Assembly: GCF_009914755.1 (NCBI RefSeq)
Contig: NC_060932.1
Source: the human T2T-CHM13v2.0 reference genome, Homo sapiens
Reading direction: 5' to 3' (one strand)
DNA: 64,000 bases
The translations under genes were made by a program, and so were the position numbers. The notes under the pieces were generated by a model that did no database searches, had not been told where the DNA came from, and was given only the letters and a program-made list of their open reading frames with translations. Position 1 is the stretch's first letter. Each line of letters starts with the position of its first letter. Shown here piece after piece: positions 63,540-64,000 of the stretch.

Positions 63540-63720
63540 TTTTTGAGCTAGGAGGATTGGTGGTGTTATTCTCCTTTTACAGAGAAATAAACTGAACTTT
63601 AGAGATAATTTTGACTTGTCCGATGTATAAAAGTGGTATGTGCAGAAGACAAACTTTAGAAATTGAATCTTCTGATTCCAGATTTTATGTGTTTCCCCTC
63701 ATTCTATCAGGCTCTGCCCT
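63540..63720 (-). mobile_element. MIR
   Basis: ttttacagagaaataactgaac...tgacttgtcc. Confidence 0.6.
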
Positions 63721-64000
63721 ACAGTTTAGAGGAAACAGAGACAGTGGAGAATAGGGGAAACATTGCTTATTGCTCTTTATTTTCGATCCCTCATAAATTC
63801 ACCCATTCTTTCAGCATGTACTTACTGTGTGTCTAACACACACAGGGCCATACAGCAAACATACATCCCACTTTGAGAATGAAGGTGAGACAAGGGCCAA
63901 GAAAAGTCCCTGTTTTTAAAAGCCTGGAGGATTCTTCTAGAGCTGCCCTCTTGCTCTCTATCCTGCCATTCCAAATGACTCATTCTGCATTACATTAAGT

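Overview
Primate, very probably human, intergenic or deep-intronic DNA dominated by interspersed repeats. I found no host protein-coding exon, rRNA/tRNA gene or CRISPR array. The main feature is a full-length (~6.07 kb) minus-strand LINE-1 at 33241-39310 with a 16-bp TSD and L1HS pre-Ta diagnostics (ACG/G). Its ORF1 (338 aa) and antisense ORF0 (71 aa) are intact, but ORF2 is broken by two frameshifts and one nonsense codon. Around it lie ~20 Alus, three MER41A LTRs, LTR8, THE1D, MLT LTRs, Tigger3/4, MER20, MER81, old L1/L2/MIR fragments and microsatellites, often nested. The most testable hypothesis is a chimeric transcript from the L1 antisense promoter: the ORF0 phase-2 donor (39049) is in frame with a stop-free 216-bp candidate exon at 46264-46479, which is flanked by inverted Alus. 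Other leads are a convergent CTCF-like motif pair, an AP-1 cluster next to the L1 promoter, and a tandem PBS/splice-donor repeat behind a MER41A LTR. Subfamily names come from recalled consensus sequences and need RepeatMasker/Dfam confirmation; boundaries of old repeats are approximate. I found no convincing evidence of a wholly new biological system.
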